Assembly: GCA_045659245.1 (NCBI GenBank)
Contig: JAZOWN010000037.1
Span: 10,655-74,654 of the forward strand
Direction: 5' to 3'
Origin: Eubacteriales bacterium
GTDB taxonomy: Bacteria; Bacillota; Clostridia; Oscillospirales; CAG-272
Length of the DNA: 64,000 nucleotides
Shown here: positions 1-10,647 of the stretch, in pieces
Layout of the letters: each line of letters starts with the position of its first letter
How positions within the stretch are numbered: position 1 is the first letter of the stretch
Program-made: the position numbers and the translations under genes
Notes under the pieces: generated by a model
What the model saw: the letters and a program-made list of their open reading frames with translations, nothing else
What the model was told of the DNA's origin: nothing
The model's database searches: none

Positions 1-134
1 ATAGGATAGTGGGATCGCTTGAGAATACCGACAGAGTTATGAGAGACACCTTTTGGGTGGGGGTATATCCGGGCTTGACCGATGAAATGATAGATCACAT
101 GGCCAAAACGATAATCAAGGCCGTATACCGTTAA
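1..134 (+). CDS. rfbH: 3' end of RfbH/DdhC-like CDP-4-keto-6-deoxyglucose 3-dehydrase (partial)
   Basis: Manual translation gives RIVGSLENTDRVMRDTFWVGVYPGLTDEMIDHMAKTIIKAVYR*, resembling the RfbH C-terminus (NTDxIMxxTFWIGxYPGL). Confidence 0.75.
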   Translation, partial: RIVGSLENTDRVMRDTFWVGVYPGLTDEMIDHMAKTIIKAVYR

Positions 135-177
135 GCGCTTTGCGCAAAAGGATAGATCAAAAAAGGAATATTGCGTT

Positions 178-1995
178 ATGAAAATACGTCTTGCTGACTT
201 CGTTGCGGACTTCTTGGTGAACAATGGAATTACCGAGTGCTTTACCGTTACGGGGGGCGGCGCTATGCATCTTAACGACGCGCTCGGTCACAAGGACGGT
301 CTGAATTGCCTTTATAATCATCACGAGCAGGCATCTGCCATCGCGGCGGAGGCTTATGCGAGAATAAATAACAAAATAGCAGCGGTCTGCGTTACGACGG
401 GCCCCGGCGGAACGAACGCCTTGACGGGAGTGCTTGGCGGTTGGCTTGACTCCGTTCCCATGCTTATAATCTCGGGGCAGGTCCGCTACGACACCACAAG
501 GCGAGGCATGGGGTTGGATATAAGAGCCGGGGGAGATCAGGAATTTGATATAACCCTTGCAGTTCGGTGTATGACCAAATACTGCGAAATGATAGAGGAC
601 CCCCGTAGGATAAGATATGCGCTTGAAAAGGCGCTGTATCTTGCCAAGAACGGCAGGCCCGGACCTTGCTGGATAGATATACCCGTGGACTTTCAGGGGT
701 GCATGATCGAAACCGACGAGCTTTTTGGCTTTTGTCCAGACGAGGAAGAATGCGGTATAGCGCCCGCGACAGACGTTGCGGCGACAGATGCGGTAATTGA
801 AAGAATAAGGAGCGCCGAGCGGCCCGTGCTTTATGCGGGAAACGGAGTTCGCCTCTCTGGTGGCTTTGAGTCTTTTGAGAAAGCCATAAGACGGCTTAAT
901 ATCCCCGTTGTAACGGGTTGGGATAACATTGACATGATGGCTGACGACGACGAGCTTTACGTCGGGCGCGGCGGTATTATGGGAGACAGAGCGGGAAATT
1001 TTGCGGTGCAGAATGCCGATCTCATTCTCGCCGTGGGTAACCGCCTTTCGATCCGCCAGGTAGGATATAGCTTTAAGACATGGGCAAGAGAGGCATTCGT
1101 TATCATGGTGGACGTTGACAGAGAGGAGCTTAAAAAGCCCACTCTGCACGTCGAGATGCCCATTCACGCCGATGCAAAGGACTTTCTTGATACGCTGCTT
1201 TCAAGACTTCCCGACGGTAAGCTTTTCGCAGAGAACGGTTGGCAAGAGGCCTGTCGCGAGTGGAAGAAGAATTATCCCGTAGTGCTCCCGAAGCACTATC
1301 TTTGGGAAGGACTTACCAACCCTTATGCATTCGTCAAAAAGCTTTCGGACAGACTCCCCGAGGGGTATACCACGGTTGTCGGTAACGGTACGGCTTGCGT
1401 TGTCGGAAGTCACGCCTATACCATAAAAAAGGGACAGCGCTTTATAATAAACTCCGCCGTTGCTTCTATGGGCTACGACCTGCCCGCGGCGATCGGAGCT
1501 TGTGTTGCTCTTGGCAGACGTGAGGTCGTTTGCCTTACGGGTGACGGAAGTATTCAGATGAATCTTCAGGAGCTCGAGACGATCCTTACTAACAGATTGC
1601 CGATCAAGATATTCGTTATAAATAACGACGGATACCACTCTATAAGACAGACACAGACTAATATTTTTGGGGAGCATACCAAGGTCGGTATCGGCCCCGA
1701 AAGCGGTGACTTATCGTTCCCGTCGCTTGAAAAATTGGCGTGGGCTTACGGATACCCTTATGCTGCGTGCAATACAAACGGCGAGATCGACGCGCTTCTT
1801 GACAGAGCGTTTTCCACTGACGGCGCGTTTATCGGCGAGGTTTTCACGGATCCCGCACAGATATTTGAGCCTAAGAGCGCGACGCGGAGATTGCCCGACG
1901 GCATGCTCGTAAGTCCGCCTCTTGAGGATTTGGCACCATTTCTTGAGCGCGAGGAGCTTGAGAAAATTATGAAGATACCAATGGTAAAAGAATAA
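178..1995 (+). CDS. ThDP-dependent acetolactate-synthase-like enzyme (YerE-like)
   Basis: 605 aa with HHEQ, TTGPGGTN and GDGS...NN ThDP motifs; directly follows rfbH and has no adjacent ilvN/ilvC. Confidence 0.85.
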   Translation: MKIRLADFVADFLVNNGITECFTVTGGGAMHLNDALGHKDGLNCLYNHHEQASAIAAEAYARINNKIAAVCVTTGPGGTNALTGVLGGWLDSVPMLIISGQVRYDTTRRGMGLDIRAGGDQEFDITLAVRCMTKYCEMIEDPRRIRYALEKALYLAKNGRPGPCWIDIPVDFQGCMIETDELFGFCPDEEECGIAPATDVAATDAVIERIRSAERPVLYAGNGVRLSGGFESFEKAIRRLNIPVVTGWDNIDMMADDDELYVGRGGIMGDRAGNFAVQNADLILAVGNRLSIRQVGYSFKTWAREAFVIMVDVDREELKKPTLHVEMPIHADAKDFLDTLLSRLPDGKLFAENGWQEACREWKKNYPVVLPKHYLWEGLTNPYAFVKKLSDRLPEGYTTVVGNGTACVVGSHAYTIKKGQRFIINSAVASMGYDLPAAIGACVALGRREVVCLTGDGSIQMNLQELETILTNRLPIKIFVINNDGYHSIRQTQTNIFGEHTKVGIGPESGDLSFPSLEKLAWAYGYPYAACNTNGEIDALLDRAFSTDGAFIGEVFTDPAQIFEPKSATRRLPDGMLVSPPLEDLAPFLEREELEKIMKIPMVKE

Positions 1996-2023
1996 ATATA
2001 TACAAGAAACAAAGGAGAAAGAC

Positions 2024-2629
2024 ATGAACATTTCAGAAAAGGTCAAGGAGCTTAAAATAGTTCCCGTTGTAGTTATTAAGGACATCGCCGATGCAGAGCC
2101 TACTCTTAAGGCACTTTGCGAGGGCGGCTTGCCCGTTGCGGAGATCACCTTCCGTACCGCTTGCGCCGCAGACGCAATAAAGCTCGGCTGTGAAAAGTTC
2201 CCCGATATGCTTATAGGCGCGGGAACGGTTATAAATGCCGAGCAGTGCAACAAGGCTATTGACTGCGGAGCTAAATTTATCGTAGGTCCCGGCTTTGCCG
2301 CTGAGGTTGCAGAGGTTTGCCGCGAAAGAGGTATTCTCTACCTGCCCGGTTGCGTAACCCCCACCGAGATAATTACTGCTATTTCTTACGGCATTGAGGT
2401 CGTAAAATTCTTCCCCTGCTCGAACTTTGGCGGTCTTGGAACGCTCAAGGCACTTTCTGCCGCATTCCCCACGCTCAAGTTTATGCCCACGGGCGGTATT
2501 TCCGAGGACAACGTGCTTGAATATCTTGCATTCGATAAGATAATCGCATGCGGCGGAAGCTGGATGATGAAGGGAACTCCCGACGAGATCAGAGAGAAGA
2601 CTGCAAGAGCAGTAGCGCTTGTAAAATAA
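2024..2629 (+). CDS. eda: KDPG/KHG aldolase
   Basis: EITFRT, GAGTV, KFFP, PTGGI and GGSW motifs. Confidence 0.93.
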   Translation: MNISEKVKELKIVPVVVIKDIADAEPTLKALCEGGLPVAEITFRTACAADAIKLGCEKFPDMLIGAGTVINAEQCNKAIDCGAKFIVGPGFAAEVAEVCRERGILYLPGCVTPTEIITAISYGIEVVKFFPCSNFGGLGTLKALSAAFPTLKFMPTGGISEDNVLEYLAFDKIIACGGSWMMKGTPDEIREKTARAVALVK

Positions 2630-2735
2630 TAGCTTCAATAACAACTGATACATAGTCTGCGACTGAAGCGGAAGCGTACAGAGATTTTTAGTATTTTCGT
2701 TTTCTTTTGCTTTTTCACACACAACAGGTAGAGTG

Positions 2736-2890
2736 TTTAATTTTTCGTTTTCTTTTGCTTACTTTTCCGTAAAAGAAAAGTAAGGAGTTTTCTTTTGCTT
2801 TGTTTCGTTTTTACGAAATGATGAACAGAGGAAATATTTAATTTTTCGTTTTCTTTTGCTTACTTTTCTTTTTCGTAAAAGAAAAGTAAG
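2736..2890. repeat. Two copies of an AT-rich REP-like palindromic unit
   Basis: TTTAATTTTTCGTTTTCTTTTGCTTACTTTTC...CGTAAAAGAAAAGTAAGG occurs at about 2736-2785 and 2837-2891; partial copies at about 2694 and 2788; inverted copy at 25648-25688. Confidence 0.75.
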
Positions 2891-2915
2891 GGAAAAACAA
2901 AAAAGAGGTAAAGAT

Positions 2916-5012
2916 ATGACCAAGAATGTTCCGGCAATTTTCGGATGTATGGTATTTAACGACGACGTAATGCGTGAAAGACTTCCCAAGGACGTTTATA
3001 AATCGCTTGCCAAGACGATAGACACAGGCAGACCTATTGATGCGTCTATTGCGGATATAGTTGCAACTGCTATGAAGGACTGGGCGATAGAGAAGGGCGC
3101 TACCCACTACACGCACTGGTTCCAGCCCTTGACGGGTGTCACCGCGGAGAAGCACGACTCCTTTATCTCTCCTGTTGGAAGCTGCAACATAGTTATGGAG
3201 TTTTCAGGCAAGGAGCTTATAAAGGGCGAGTCCGACGCGTCTTCTTTCCCGACGGGTGGCTTGCGCGCGACCTTTGAGGCAAGAGGATATACCGCGTGGG
3301 ATCCTGCGTCGTATGCCTTTGTCAAGGACGGTACGCTTTATATTCCTACTGCGTTTTGCTCTTATACGGGAGAGGCGCTTGACACAAAAACACCCCTTTT
3401 GCGTTCAATGGACGCTATAAGCACACAGGGACTTCGTATTTTGCGCCTTTTCGGTGATACGAGCTGTAAGCGACTCAACAACACGGTTGGCGCAGAGCAG
3501 GAGTATTTCATAATCGATAAGGAAATGTACGACAAGCGCAAGGACCTTTTGTATACGGGAAGAACGCTTTTCGGTGCGCCCGCACCCAAGGGGCAGGAGC
3601 TTGAGGACCATTACTTCGGTCCGCTCAAGACCCGAATCAGCGCTTACATGGCAGACCTTGACGAGGAGCTTTGGAAGCTCGGTATAAACGCAAAGACCAA
3701 GCATAACGAGGCAGCTCCCGCACAGCACGAGCTTGCTCCTATATATGAAACCACCAATATGGCGGTCGACCATAATCTTTTGATTATGGAGTACATGAAG
3801 AAGATTGCGGAAAAGCACGGACTCGTATGCTTGCTTCACGAGAAGCCCTACAAGGGAGTAAACGGCTCGGGTAAGCACGACAACTGGTCTATTTCCACAG
3901 ACTCGGGCAAGAATCTGCTTGACCCCGGTAAGACTCCCGCAGAGAACGTAAAGTTCTTGCTTATACTTGCGGCTGTTGTTAAGGCGGTTGACGATTATCA
4001 GGATCTTTTGCGTATTTCCGTTGCTCACGCGGGCAACGATCACCGTCTTGGCGCACACGAGGCGCCCCCCGCTATCGTTTCGATATTCGTCGGCGAGGAG
4101 CTTGATAATATCATAAATTCGATAATCGACGGAAAGACGTATCAGGGCGCAAAGGCAGGAATTATGGACTTGGGTGTTCCTACCGTTCCTACGTTCCGCA
4201 AGGACACCACAGACAGAAACAGAACCTCTCCTCTTGCGTTTACGGGTAACAAGTTTGAGTTCAGAATGCTCGGCTCATCGCAGAACATAGCTATGCCTAA
4301 CATAGTTCTTAACACCGCTGTTGCTGAGAGCTTCAGACAGTTTGCGGATATTCTTGAGAATGCCGAGGACTTTGACGCGGCTGTATCAAAGCTCTTGAAG
4401 GACACCTTTACCGAGCATAAGAGAATAATTTTCGACGGCAACGGATATTCAAAGGAGTGGGAAGAGGAAGCGGCAAGACGCGGACTTCTCAACCTTAAGA
4501 CCTCTGTTGATGCATATAAGTGCTTCAACCTTGAAAAGAATGTCAATCTCTTTACGGAGCACGGTGTTATGAGTGAGGTTGAGATAAATTCCAGAGAGGA
4601 AATCTATTTCGAGAATTACGCGAAGATAGTAAACATCGAAGCGCTTACAATGATCGAGATGGCGGCGAGAGATATTATTCCCGCAGTCAACAACTACGTT
4701 GCGGACCTCGCGGATACGGCAGGCGCAAAGCTCTCTGTGCTTCCCGACGTTGATTGCACGGTAGAGAAGGACCTTATCAAGAAGCTTTCTGCTCTTAACG
4801 CAGAGGCTTATAAAAATGTTGCCGCGCTTCAGGCTGCTGAACGCAAGGCATCGGTTATTGCCGACGCTGTTGCACGCGCAGAGGCATACTGCTACGAGGT
4901 TATTCCCGCAATGGAAAAGCTTCGCGCGGTCGTTGACACAATGGAGCCCTTGACGGCATCCGACTACTGGCCTTATCCCTCTTACGGTGATATGATGTTT
5001 AAAGGAATTTAA
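2916..5012 (+). CDS. glnA: Glutamine synthetase type III
   Basis: HYTHWFQPLTG, AEKHDSF, NGSGKH, DRNRTSP and NKFEFR motifs; ATG at 2916 follows a GAGG RBS. Confidence 0.95.
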   Translation: MTKNVPAIFGCMVFNDDVMRERLPKDVYKSLAKTIDTGRPIDASIADIVATAMKDWAIEKGATHYTHWFQPLTGVTAEKHDSFISPVGSCNIVMEFSGKELIKGESDASSFPTGGLRATFEARGYTAWDPASYAFVKDGTLYIPTAFCSYTGEALDTKTPLLRSMDAISTQGLRILRLFGDTSCKRLNNTVGAEQEYFIIDKEMYDKRKDLLYTGRTLFGAPAPKGQELEDHYFGPLKTRISAYMADLDEELWKLGINAKTKHNEAAPAQHELAPIYETTNMAVDHNLLIMEYMKKIAEKHGLVCLLHEKPYKGVNGSGKHDNWSISTDSGKNLLDPGKTPAENVKFLLILAAVVKAVDDYQDLLRISVAHAGNDHRLGAHEAPPAIVSIFVGEELDNIINSIIDGKTYQGAKAGIMDLGVPTVPTFRKDTTDRNRTSPLAFTGNKFEFRMLGSSQNIAMPNIVLNTAVAESFRQFADILENAEDFDAAVSKLLKDTFTEHKRIIFDGNGYSKEWEEEAARRGLLNLKTSVDAYKCFNLEKNVNLFTEHGVMSEVEINSREEIYFENYAKIVNIEALTMIEMAARDIIPAVNNYVADLADTAGAKLSVLPDVDCTVEKDLIKKLSALNAEAYKNVAALQAAERKASVIADAVARAEAYCYEVIPAMEKLRAVVDTMEPLTASDYWPYPSYGDMMFKGI

Positions 5013-5103
5013 GGAACTGTAAAAACACAACTGAATGAAATAAAGAACCGCTTTTGCTATCAGCTTTGATAGCAAAATCGTTTCTTTTCTTTACTTCTTT
5101 AAT

Positions 5104-5973
5104 TTATGCTCGGGAATCTTGAACTTTTAATGTCTCTCCCGGCTTTATCGTATAGAGCGTGCCGTCAATATCAAACCAGATCGTATAGAGTGTAGGGTTA
5201 TAAATGGTATTGCCGTCCGCGCTGTATATGAGAGAATTGTATGCCGTTACGTAGTTGTAAATTTCAATGTTGGTAGCGTACCATATCTCCTCCTTGCCGG
5301 AGATGCGCTCACATATCTCGACGAGCAGATCCCAGTTGTTATCCTTTTCAAACTCGTGGCTGTGTCCCCACATATAAAAGAGTCGCGGCTGTCTTGCTGC
5401 GCAGTAGGTTTTAGTTGATGTATCAATGCTCAAGAAACGATCTATATACTCAAAAACCTGTTCATTCTTGTGCTTTACGCTGGGCATCCATCTGTACCAA
5501 TCGGTGGGAAGCTCAAAGCTGTCGTTGTCACCTGCGAGCGTTCTTGCGTAAGCTATATCAAGCTCCTTGAGATACTGTCTTATGCTCTCATAGCTTGCGC
5601 CGTTTGCGAATCTGGTAATACCGCTGTCGGGATATGCCATACCGCGTATTATCATATCATATTTTTTCTCAAGCTCGAGTCGGCAGCAAAGAACGTCCTG
5701 TATGCCCTCGATGGGGCGGAGCGTTCCCTCGGCTCTGTGCATATAGCCATGAACTGCTATTTCGTGTCCGCGGTCAAGGAACTTTTCCTTTACGTCTGAG
5801 ACAGTCAATGCCTTTGCGCCTCTGTTCTCGTCGCTCGTCATATTGAACGTACACTTAAGTCCGTACGGGGATATGATATCGGAAAATTTCAGGTCATGGC
5901 GGCTTCCGTCGTCGTAGCTGAGAGTAACTGCCTTCGCCTTGCCCTCGGGAAATCTTAAATATCTGTATTTCAT
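5104..5973 (-). CDS. Polysaccharide deacetylase family protein
   Basis: TLSYDDG, HEIAVHGYMH and GMAYP NodB-type motifs. Confidence 0.85.
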   Translation of the reverse strand: MKYRYLRFPEGKAKAVTLSYDDGSRHDLKFSDIISPYGLKCTFNMTSDENRGAKALTVSDVKEKFLDRGHEIAVHGYMHRAEGTLRPIEGIQDVLCCRLELEKKYDMIIRGMAYPDSGITRFANGASYESIRQYLKELDIAYARTLAGDNDSFELPTDWYRWMPSVKHKNEQVFEYIDRFLSIDTSTKTYCAARQPRLFYMWGHSHEFEKDNNWDLLVEICERISGKEEIWYATNIEIYNYVTAYNSLIYSADGNTIYNPTLYTIWFDIDGTLYTIKPGETLKVQDSRA

Positions 5974-5986
5974 AGATTTTCTCTCT

Positions 5987-6739
5987 TTATTTGTTGCATT
6001 TTTGATCTCTGAGCTTTACTGCTATATCGGGATAGTTCGTTATGATAGCGTCAACGCCCAAGTCAAGCATTTGCTGAATGTTCTCCTCGGTATTTACCGT
6101 CCAAGTGTGAACGCGAATGCCCTTGTCGTGACAGTGCTTTACGTAATCTTCCGACAGCGGTATCTGCAAGTACTTGGGGTGTATTGCTTTCGCGTCAAGA
6201 TCGCTACATATGTTCCAAGGTTTTACCAGGTCTACTTTGTAAAGAGGAGCTACGAAAGTATCGGGATACATATCCTTCATGCGTCTTACCTGGAAATGGT
6301 CAAAGGAAGAATATATAACGTTTTCAAGCATGCCGTGGCGCTTTGCTGCTTCGTAGCACGCAGGAAGAATCTCGGGGTACGAGGGCTTTATCTCTACGTT
6401 GATAGTCAGCCCGAGCGGCTTGGCAAGCTCGTAAACCTCGTCAAGCGTGGGGATCTTTATGCCCTTGCGCTGACCGTTATAAAAGTGGTATCCGAAGTCC
6501 ATTGCACGGAGTTCTGCGAACGTGTATTCGGGAATGATGCCCTGTCCGTTTGAGGTTCTGTCGATTTTTTCGTCGTGGCAAATTACTATCTGTCCGTCTG
6601 ATGTCAGATGTACGTCAAGCTCAAAGCCGTCAGCACCCATTTTTGCAGCAAGCTCGAATGCTTCCATTGTGTTTTCGGGGGCATAGCCGCTTGCACCGCG
6701 GTGACCGAGAATAAGAGTTTTTTCAATAAGAGGCTTCAT
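5987..6739 (-). CDS. Glycerophosphodiester phosphodiesterase
   Basis: GHRGA...PENT, ELDV, HD, NVEIK, WTVN and IITNYP motifs. Confidence 0.93.
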   Translation of the reverse strand: MKPLIEKTLILGHRGASGYAPENTMEAFELAAKMGADGFELDVHLTSDGQIVICHDEKIDRTSNGQGIIPEYTFAELRAMDFGYHFYNGQRKGIKIPTLDEVYELAKPLGLTINVEIKPSYPEILPACYEAAKRHGMLENVIYSSFDHFQVRRMKDMYPDTFVAPLYKVDLVKPWNICSDLDAKAIHPKYLQIPLSEDYVKHCHDKGIRVHTWTVNTEENIQQMLDLGVDAIITNYPDIAVKLRDQKCNK

Positions 6740-6855
6740 TGTTTTTTACCTTTCTTTTAATATGTAATCTGTAAGGGTATTATAGCATATCATTGCATAA
6801 GTTGCAATATAATACAAAAAATAATTATAGAGACGTGTATTGCGGAGGGAAAGCT

Positions 6856-7746
6856 ATGAAAAGAATAAGCAGTGTGCTAAATGCGGTGCCTTGGCTATCA
6901 TATTTGATAATGGCGCTTTTGGCGGTGCTGGACTCATGCGTATCGATAGCACTCATATATCCAAACGACTTCGCTCCCGTAGGAATACAGGGCTTTGCGG
7001 TCATGATCCAGCATCTATTTGGGATAAGCGTGGGCTACCTTTATATTTTAATAAATGCGCCTATGCTGCTTGCGGCATTTTTTCTCTTAAAAAAAAGCTA
7101 TTCGTTCAAAAGCCTTACCTATATACTGAGCTTTTCGGTAATGACGGTGATATTCCAGAGAATAACGTCGCATTTCGATCTGAGCTTTCTTGAATACAGG
7201 GCGCAAAACGAGGAGCAGGCGCTTTTGGCGGCGGTTGGTTATGGAGCGTTTTTTGGCGTTTTATATCCGCTCGCCGTATGGCTTGGCGGCTCTACCGGCG
7301 GAACGGATATTTTAGCGGCGCTCATAAACCGAGTCAAGCCGTATTTTAACACCGTATGGGTGCTGTTTTCAATAAATGCAACTGTGGCAGCCATGTCGTA
7401 TTTCGTCTACGGCAGGCGCGCGCTTCCCGTTATATTGAGTATTCTCTCGTCGCTCGTTTCAGGCTTTGTAAGCGACTATCTGCTAAAGGGAGCGGCGTCC
7501 GCCTTGAAATTTGAGATCGTAACGTCAAGACCTCGTGAGATGGCGGCGGAAATAATGGAAAGGCTTGACAGAGGCTGTACCGAAATTCCCGCACGCGGAA
7601 TGTATTCGGGAGCAGAGAGCTACGTGCTTGTGTGTATCGTAGGTAAAAAGCAAAGAATTGAAATGGAGAAAATAATCTCCAAATATGAGGGTAGCTTTGG
7701 GTTCTGCTCGCCCGTCAAATCGACCTACGGATCGTTCCGACGGTGA
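6856..7746 (+). CDS. YitT family membrane protein
   Basis: Multiple transmembrane segments, GGSTGGTDI motif and a C-terminal RGxT...GMYS domain. Confidence 0.88.
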   Translation: MKRISSVLNAVPWLSYLIMALLAVLDSCVSIALIYPNDFAPVGIQGFAVMIQHLFGISVGYLYILINAPMLLAAFFLLKKSYSFKSLTYILSFSVMTVIFQRITSHFDLSFLEYRAQNEEQALLAAVGYGAFFGVLYPLAVWLGGSTGGTDILAALINRVKPYFNTVWVLFSINATVAAMSYFVYGRRALPVILSILSSLVSGFVSDYLLKGAASALKFEIVTSRPREMAAEIMERLDRGCTEIPARGMYSGAESYVLVCIVGKKQRIEMEKIISKYEGSFGFCSPVKSTYGSFRR

Positions 7747-7758
7747 GGGAGTGCGCCC

Positions 7759-8544
7759 TTAAAGCTTATGGAAGATCGGCTGTCTGTCCTCAAAGGTGCA
7801 AACGTAGCCGAATATTTCTTTGAGATGTTCAAGCACCTCGCCGCAGTACTGTCCGACGCGGACGGCATCGTGAGCATCTGAGCCGACGGTGATTATTTCT
7901 CCGCCAAGCTCGCGGAAGCGGCGGATGTAGTCCATGGACGGAATGAGGCCGACACCCTTGTCAACACCGCTGGTATTTACCTCCATGCCCTTGCCGCCTC
8001 GGATAAGTGCCTTCATTATTTCGTCCGCGATCTCGCGGCATTCGTCGTATCGAATTTGAGTATGGAATGGGTTTGGGGGAGTTTTGCAGACGTATGTAAG
8101 ATGTCCGAGCACATCAAAGTCCTTGTGTAGCTGTATGCATTTAAGCTCCTGCTCGAGATATCTTCTGTACGCGACCTCGGCAGTCTTGCCCTCCCAATAT
8201 TCCGGATAGTAGGGGTCGTATCCGTCGGCATAATGCACCGATCCTATTACGAAGTCAAAGCTGCGAGCCGCCAAAACTTTTTGGCATTCGTCCATATTCC
8301 AATCGTTGAGTCCGAGCTCTATTCCTTGGCGTATCTTCAGGTCCTCGACCTCTAAATTATCGTACGTGTGGGAGTAGTTATCAAGGGAGAAAAGGTCGTG
8401 CTTGTCGGTTGGGCGGGGAAGATAATCCCAGTGGTCGGTAAAGCAGATCTCGCGAAGTCCCTTTTGCTTTGCTGCGAGGGCTATGTCCCTTGCGGGAGTA
8501 TCGCTGTCAAAGGAAAGCGAGGAGTGGATATGAAAATCAAACAT
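7759..8544 (-). CDS. PHP-domain phosphatase (HisJ/histidinol-phosphatase family)
   Basis: DFHIHS, FTDH, GSVH, EVNTSG and GSDAH motifs. Confidence 0.88.
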   Translation of the reverse strand: MFDFHIHSSLSFDSDTPARDIALAAKQKGLREICFTDHWDYLPRPTDKHDLFSLDNYSHTYDNLEVEDLKIRQGIELGLNDWNMDECQKVLAARSFDFVIGSVHYADGYDPYYPEYWEGKTAEVAYRRYLEQELKCIQLHKDFDVLGHLTYVCKTPPNPFHTQIRYDECREIADEIMKALIRGGKGMEVNTSGVDKGVGLIPSMDYIRRFRELGGEIITVGSDAHDAVRVGQYCGEVLEHLKEIFGYVCTFEDRQPIFHKL

Positions 8545-8596
8545 GGGAGAAGTCTCCTTTTTTCTTTTTAGTCAAGGCGTGACGTTAGTAATGTAC

Positions 8597-9394
8597 TTAC
8601 GCGCCGCGTGCCTCGTCCATTACTTTTTTGAAAGAGTCAAGCGCCGTACGCATGTCGGGCAGCTCGGGGTGCCATTTTCTTTCCCATTCAAGGGAGAATG
8701 CCCCGTCGTAGCCGTCCCTCAAAAGCTGTTTTGTTATCGGAATTATCGGCACGTCGCCATCGCCCGTGAGAACGAGCTGATCTTTGCCTGCGCGGTCCTT
8801 TATATGGACGTGCTTTACATACGGACGGATAAAGCGGTAGAACTCGATCCAGTTCTCTCCGTAGGTGTCTTGTGTATGTTCTATATCCCATATGATCCCG
8901 AAATTTTCTATATCCGAAAGTCCGTCGATCACGGGGGCGAGCGCCGCTTGTGTATTGAAGCCTCCGTGGACCTCTAAAAGGACGGAGATGCTTTTTGCGT
9001 TCTCGCAAAGCGTTTTTATTCCGTTAATCACGCGCTCCGTACAACCGGCCTCGTCATCCTCGTATAGCTTGTCGCCAAACACGCGGATATAGGGAATGCC
9101 AAGACGCTCGGCTGCTTTTATTGCCTCAAGCCCCTCCGCTATCGCACCGTCGAGTCGTTCCTTGTTGTGGAACATGCAGGACGTTCCGAGGACTATCGGC
9201 AAGACACCGCTTTTTTGGAAGGCGGTCTTCGTTTTATCTGTATTTTCAGCAGAAAGCTCGGGTATTTTTGCGTTGTCGAGCACGCCGCCGATACCTCTTA
9301 TTTCGACTGCGGAAACGCCGAAGTCGGAGCAAAGAGAGAATATTTCCTCAAGGCTCATTTCAGAGCATCCGAGGGTAGAAAAGCAAAGCTTCAT
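8597..9394 (-). CDS. Sugar phosphate isomerase/epimerase (TIM barrel, AP-endonuclease-2-like)
   Basis: LLEVHG, WDIEH, HVHIKD and SLEWE motifs. Confidence 0.85.
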   Translation of the reverse strand: MKLCFSTLGCSEMSLEEIFSLCSDFGVSAVEIRGIGGVLDNAKIPELSAENTDKTKTAFQKSGVLPIVLGTSCMFHNKERLDGAIAEGLEAIKAAERLGIPYIRVFGDKLYEDDEAGCTERVINGIKTLCENAKSISVLLEVHGGFNTQAALAPVIDGLSDIENFGIIWDIEHTQDTYGENWIEFYRFIRPYVKHVHIKDRAGKDQLVLTGDGDVPIIPITKQLLRDGYDGAFSLEWERKWHPELPDMRTALDSFKKVMDEARGA

Positions 9395-9630
9395 TTTTGA
9401 TACCTCCGTGGTGGTACGTTACTGTAAACATTATAACACCGATCTTCCGAATTTTCAATATGGAATTAGCCGCCTTTGCGGCTTTTTTTACGATATTTGA
9501 GAAATCGGCAATATTTTTTGCCTTTTTGAATTAAAGATATAAAAATCGATAATATTTAATAATATTTATTGAAAAAATTTTTTGTGTATGATATAATTAA
9601 AATATAGATATAAACTCATGGAGAGCCGTT

Positions 9631-10638
9631 ATGAAATCACTTATATCCGTATCAAGGGGAGAGACCTTTAAGACATTTTTTAATAAGGAAAATATCGAGC
9701 TTGCCGAAAGCCTTGGCGGCGCGGTCTGGAACGAAAAGGAGCACCGCATGACTCCCTCAGAGGTGGCGGAGCGCATAGGAGACTGCGAGAATTACGTAAC
9801 TCTTTGGGGCTCGCCGCGCCTTGATGCGGAAATACTGAAAAATGCGCCCAACCTTAAAATATTAACTCACCTTGGCGGCACAGTCGTGCCTTTTGTGAGC
9901 GACGAGATGTGGGAGCGCGGTATTAAGGTCATTTCCGCAAACGATTATTTTGCGGAGTCGGTCGCAGAGGGAACGCTCGCTTACATTTTGTGCGCTCTGC
10001 GCGATATTCCCAAATATTCCTCGGAGCTTAAGGTCGAGAAGAAGTGGCGTCCCGAGCCTTGGTATACGGCAGGACTTATGGGTAAGAAGATAGGTATCGT
10101 AAGCTACGGCACTATCGCCAGAAAGCTTGTTAAAATACTCGCGCAGTTCAAGGTATCCATGCTTGTCTACGACATAAAGCCCCTGCCAGAGGAGGACGTG
10201 GAGAAATATGGACTTGAGGCAGCATCGCTTGAGCGCATATTCGAGGAATGTGACATAATCAGCTTGCACACTCCGCTTTTCGACGCGACCTACCATATGG
10301 TAGATACGCCTCTGCTTAGCCGCATAAAGGACGGCGCGCTGTTTGTAAACACCTCGCGCGGCGGAGTGGTAAATCAACGGTCTCTCGAAGCTGAGCTTGC
10401 AAAGGGACGCTTCCGCGCGGTGCTTGACGTTTTTGAGGAAGAGCCGCCGAAGGATGATTGCGCGCTTTACGGACTTGATAACGTTATGATGATACCTCAC
10501 ATGGCAGGTCCTACGATAGACATGAGAACCTACATAACGCGCTCGCTTTTGCTTGAAGCGAGTGGATACGTTGATCTTGGTAAGACGCTTGAGCATGAGA
10601 TAACCCGCAAGCAGGCGGCGACCATGTCAAAGAGCTAA
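9631..10638 (+). CDS. D-isomer-specific 2-hydroxyacid dehydrogenase
   Basis: SVAE, SLHTP, NTSRG, LDVFEEEP and PHMAG motifs. Confidence 0.9.
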   Translation: MKSLISVSRGETFKTFFNKENIELAESLGGAVWNEKEHRMTPSEVAERIGDCENYVTLWGSPRLDAEILKNAPNLKILTHLGGTVVPFVSDEMWERGIKVISANDYFAESVAEGTLAYILCALRDIPKYSSELKVEKKWRPEPWYTAGLMGKKIGIVSYGTIARKLVKILAQFKVSMLVYDIKPLPEEDVEKYGLEAASLERIFEECDIISLHTPLFDATYHMVDTPLLSRIKDGALFVNTSRGGVVNQRSLEAELAKGRFRAVLDVFEEEPPKDDCALYGLDNVMMIPHMAGPTIDMRTYITRSLLLEASGYVDLGKTLEHEITRKQAATMSKS

Positions 10639-10647
10639 GGAGCTGTT

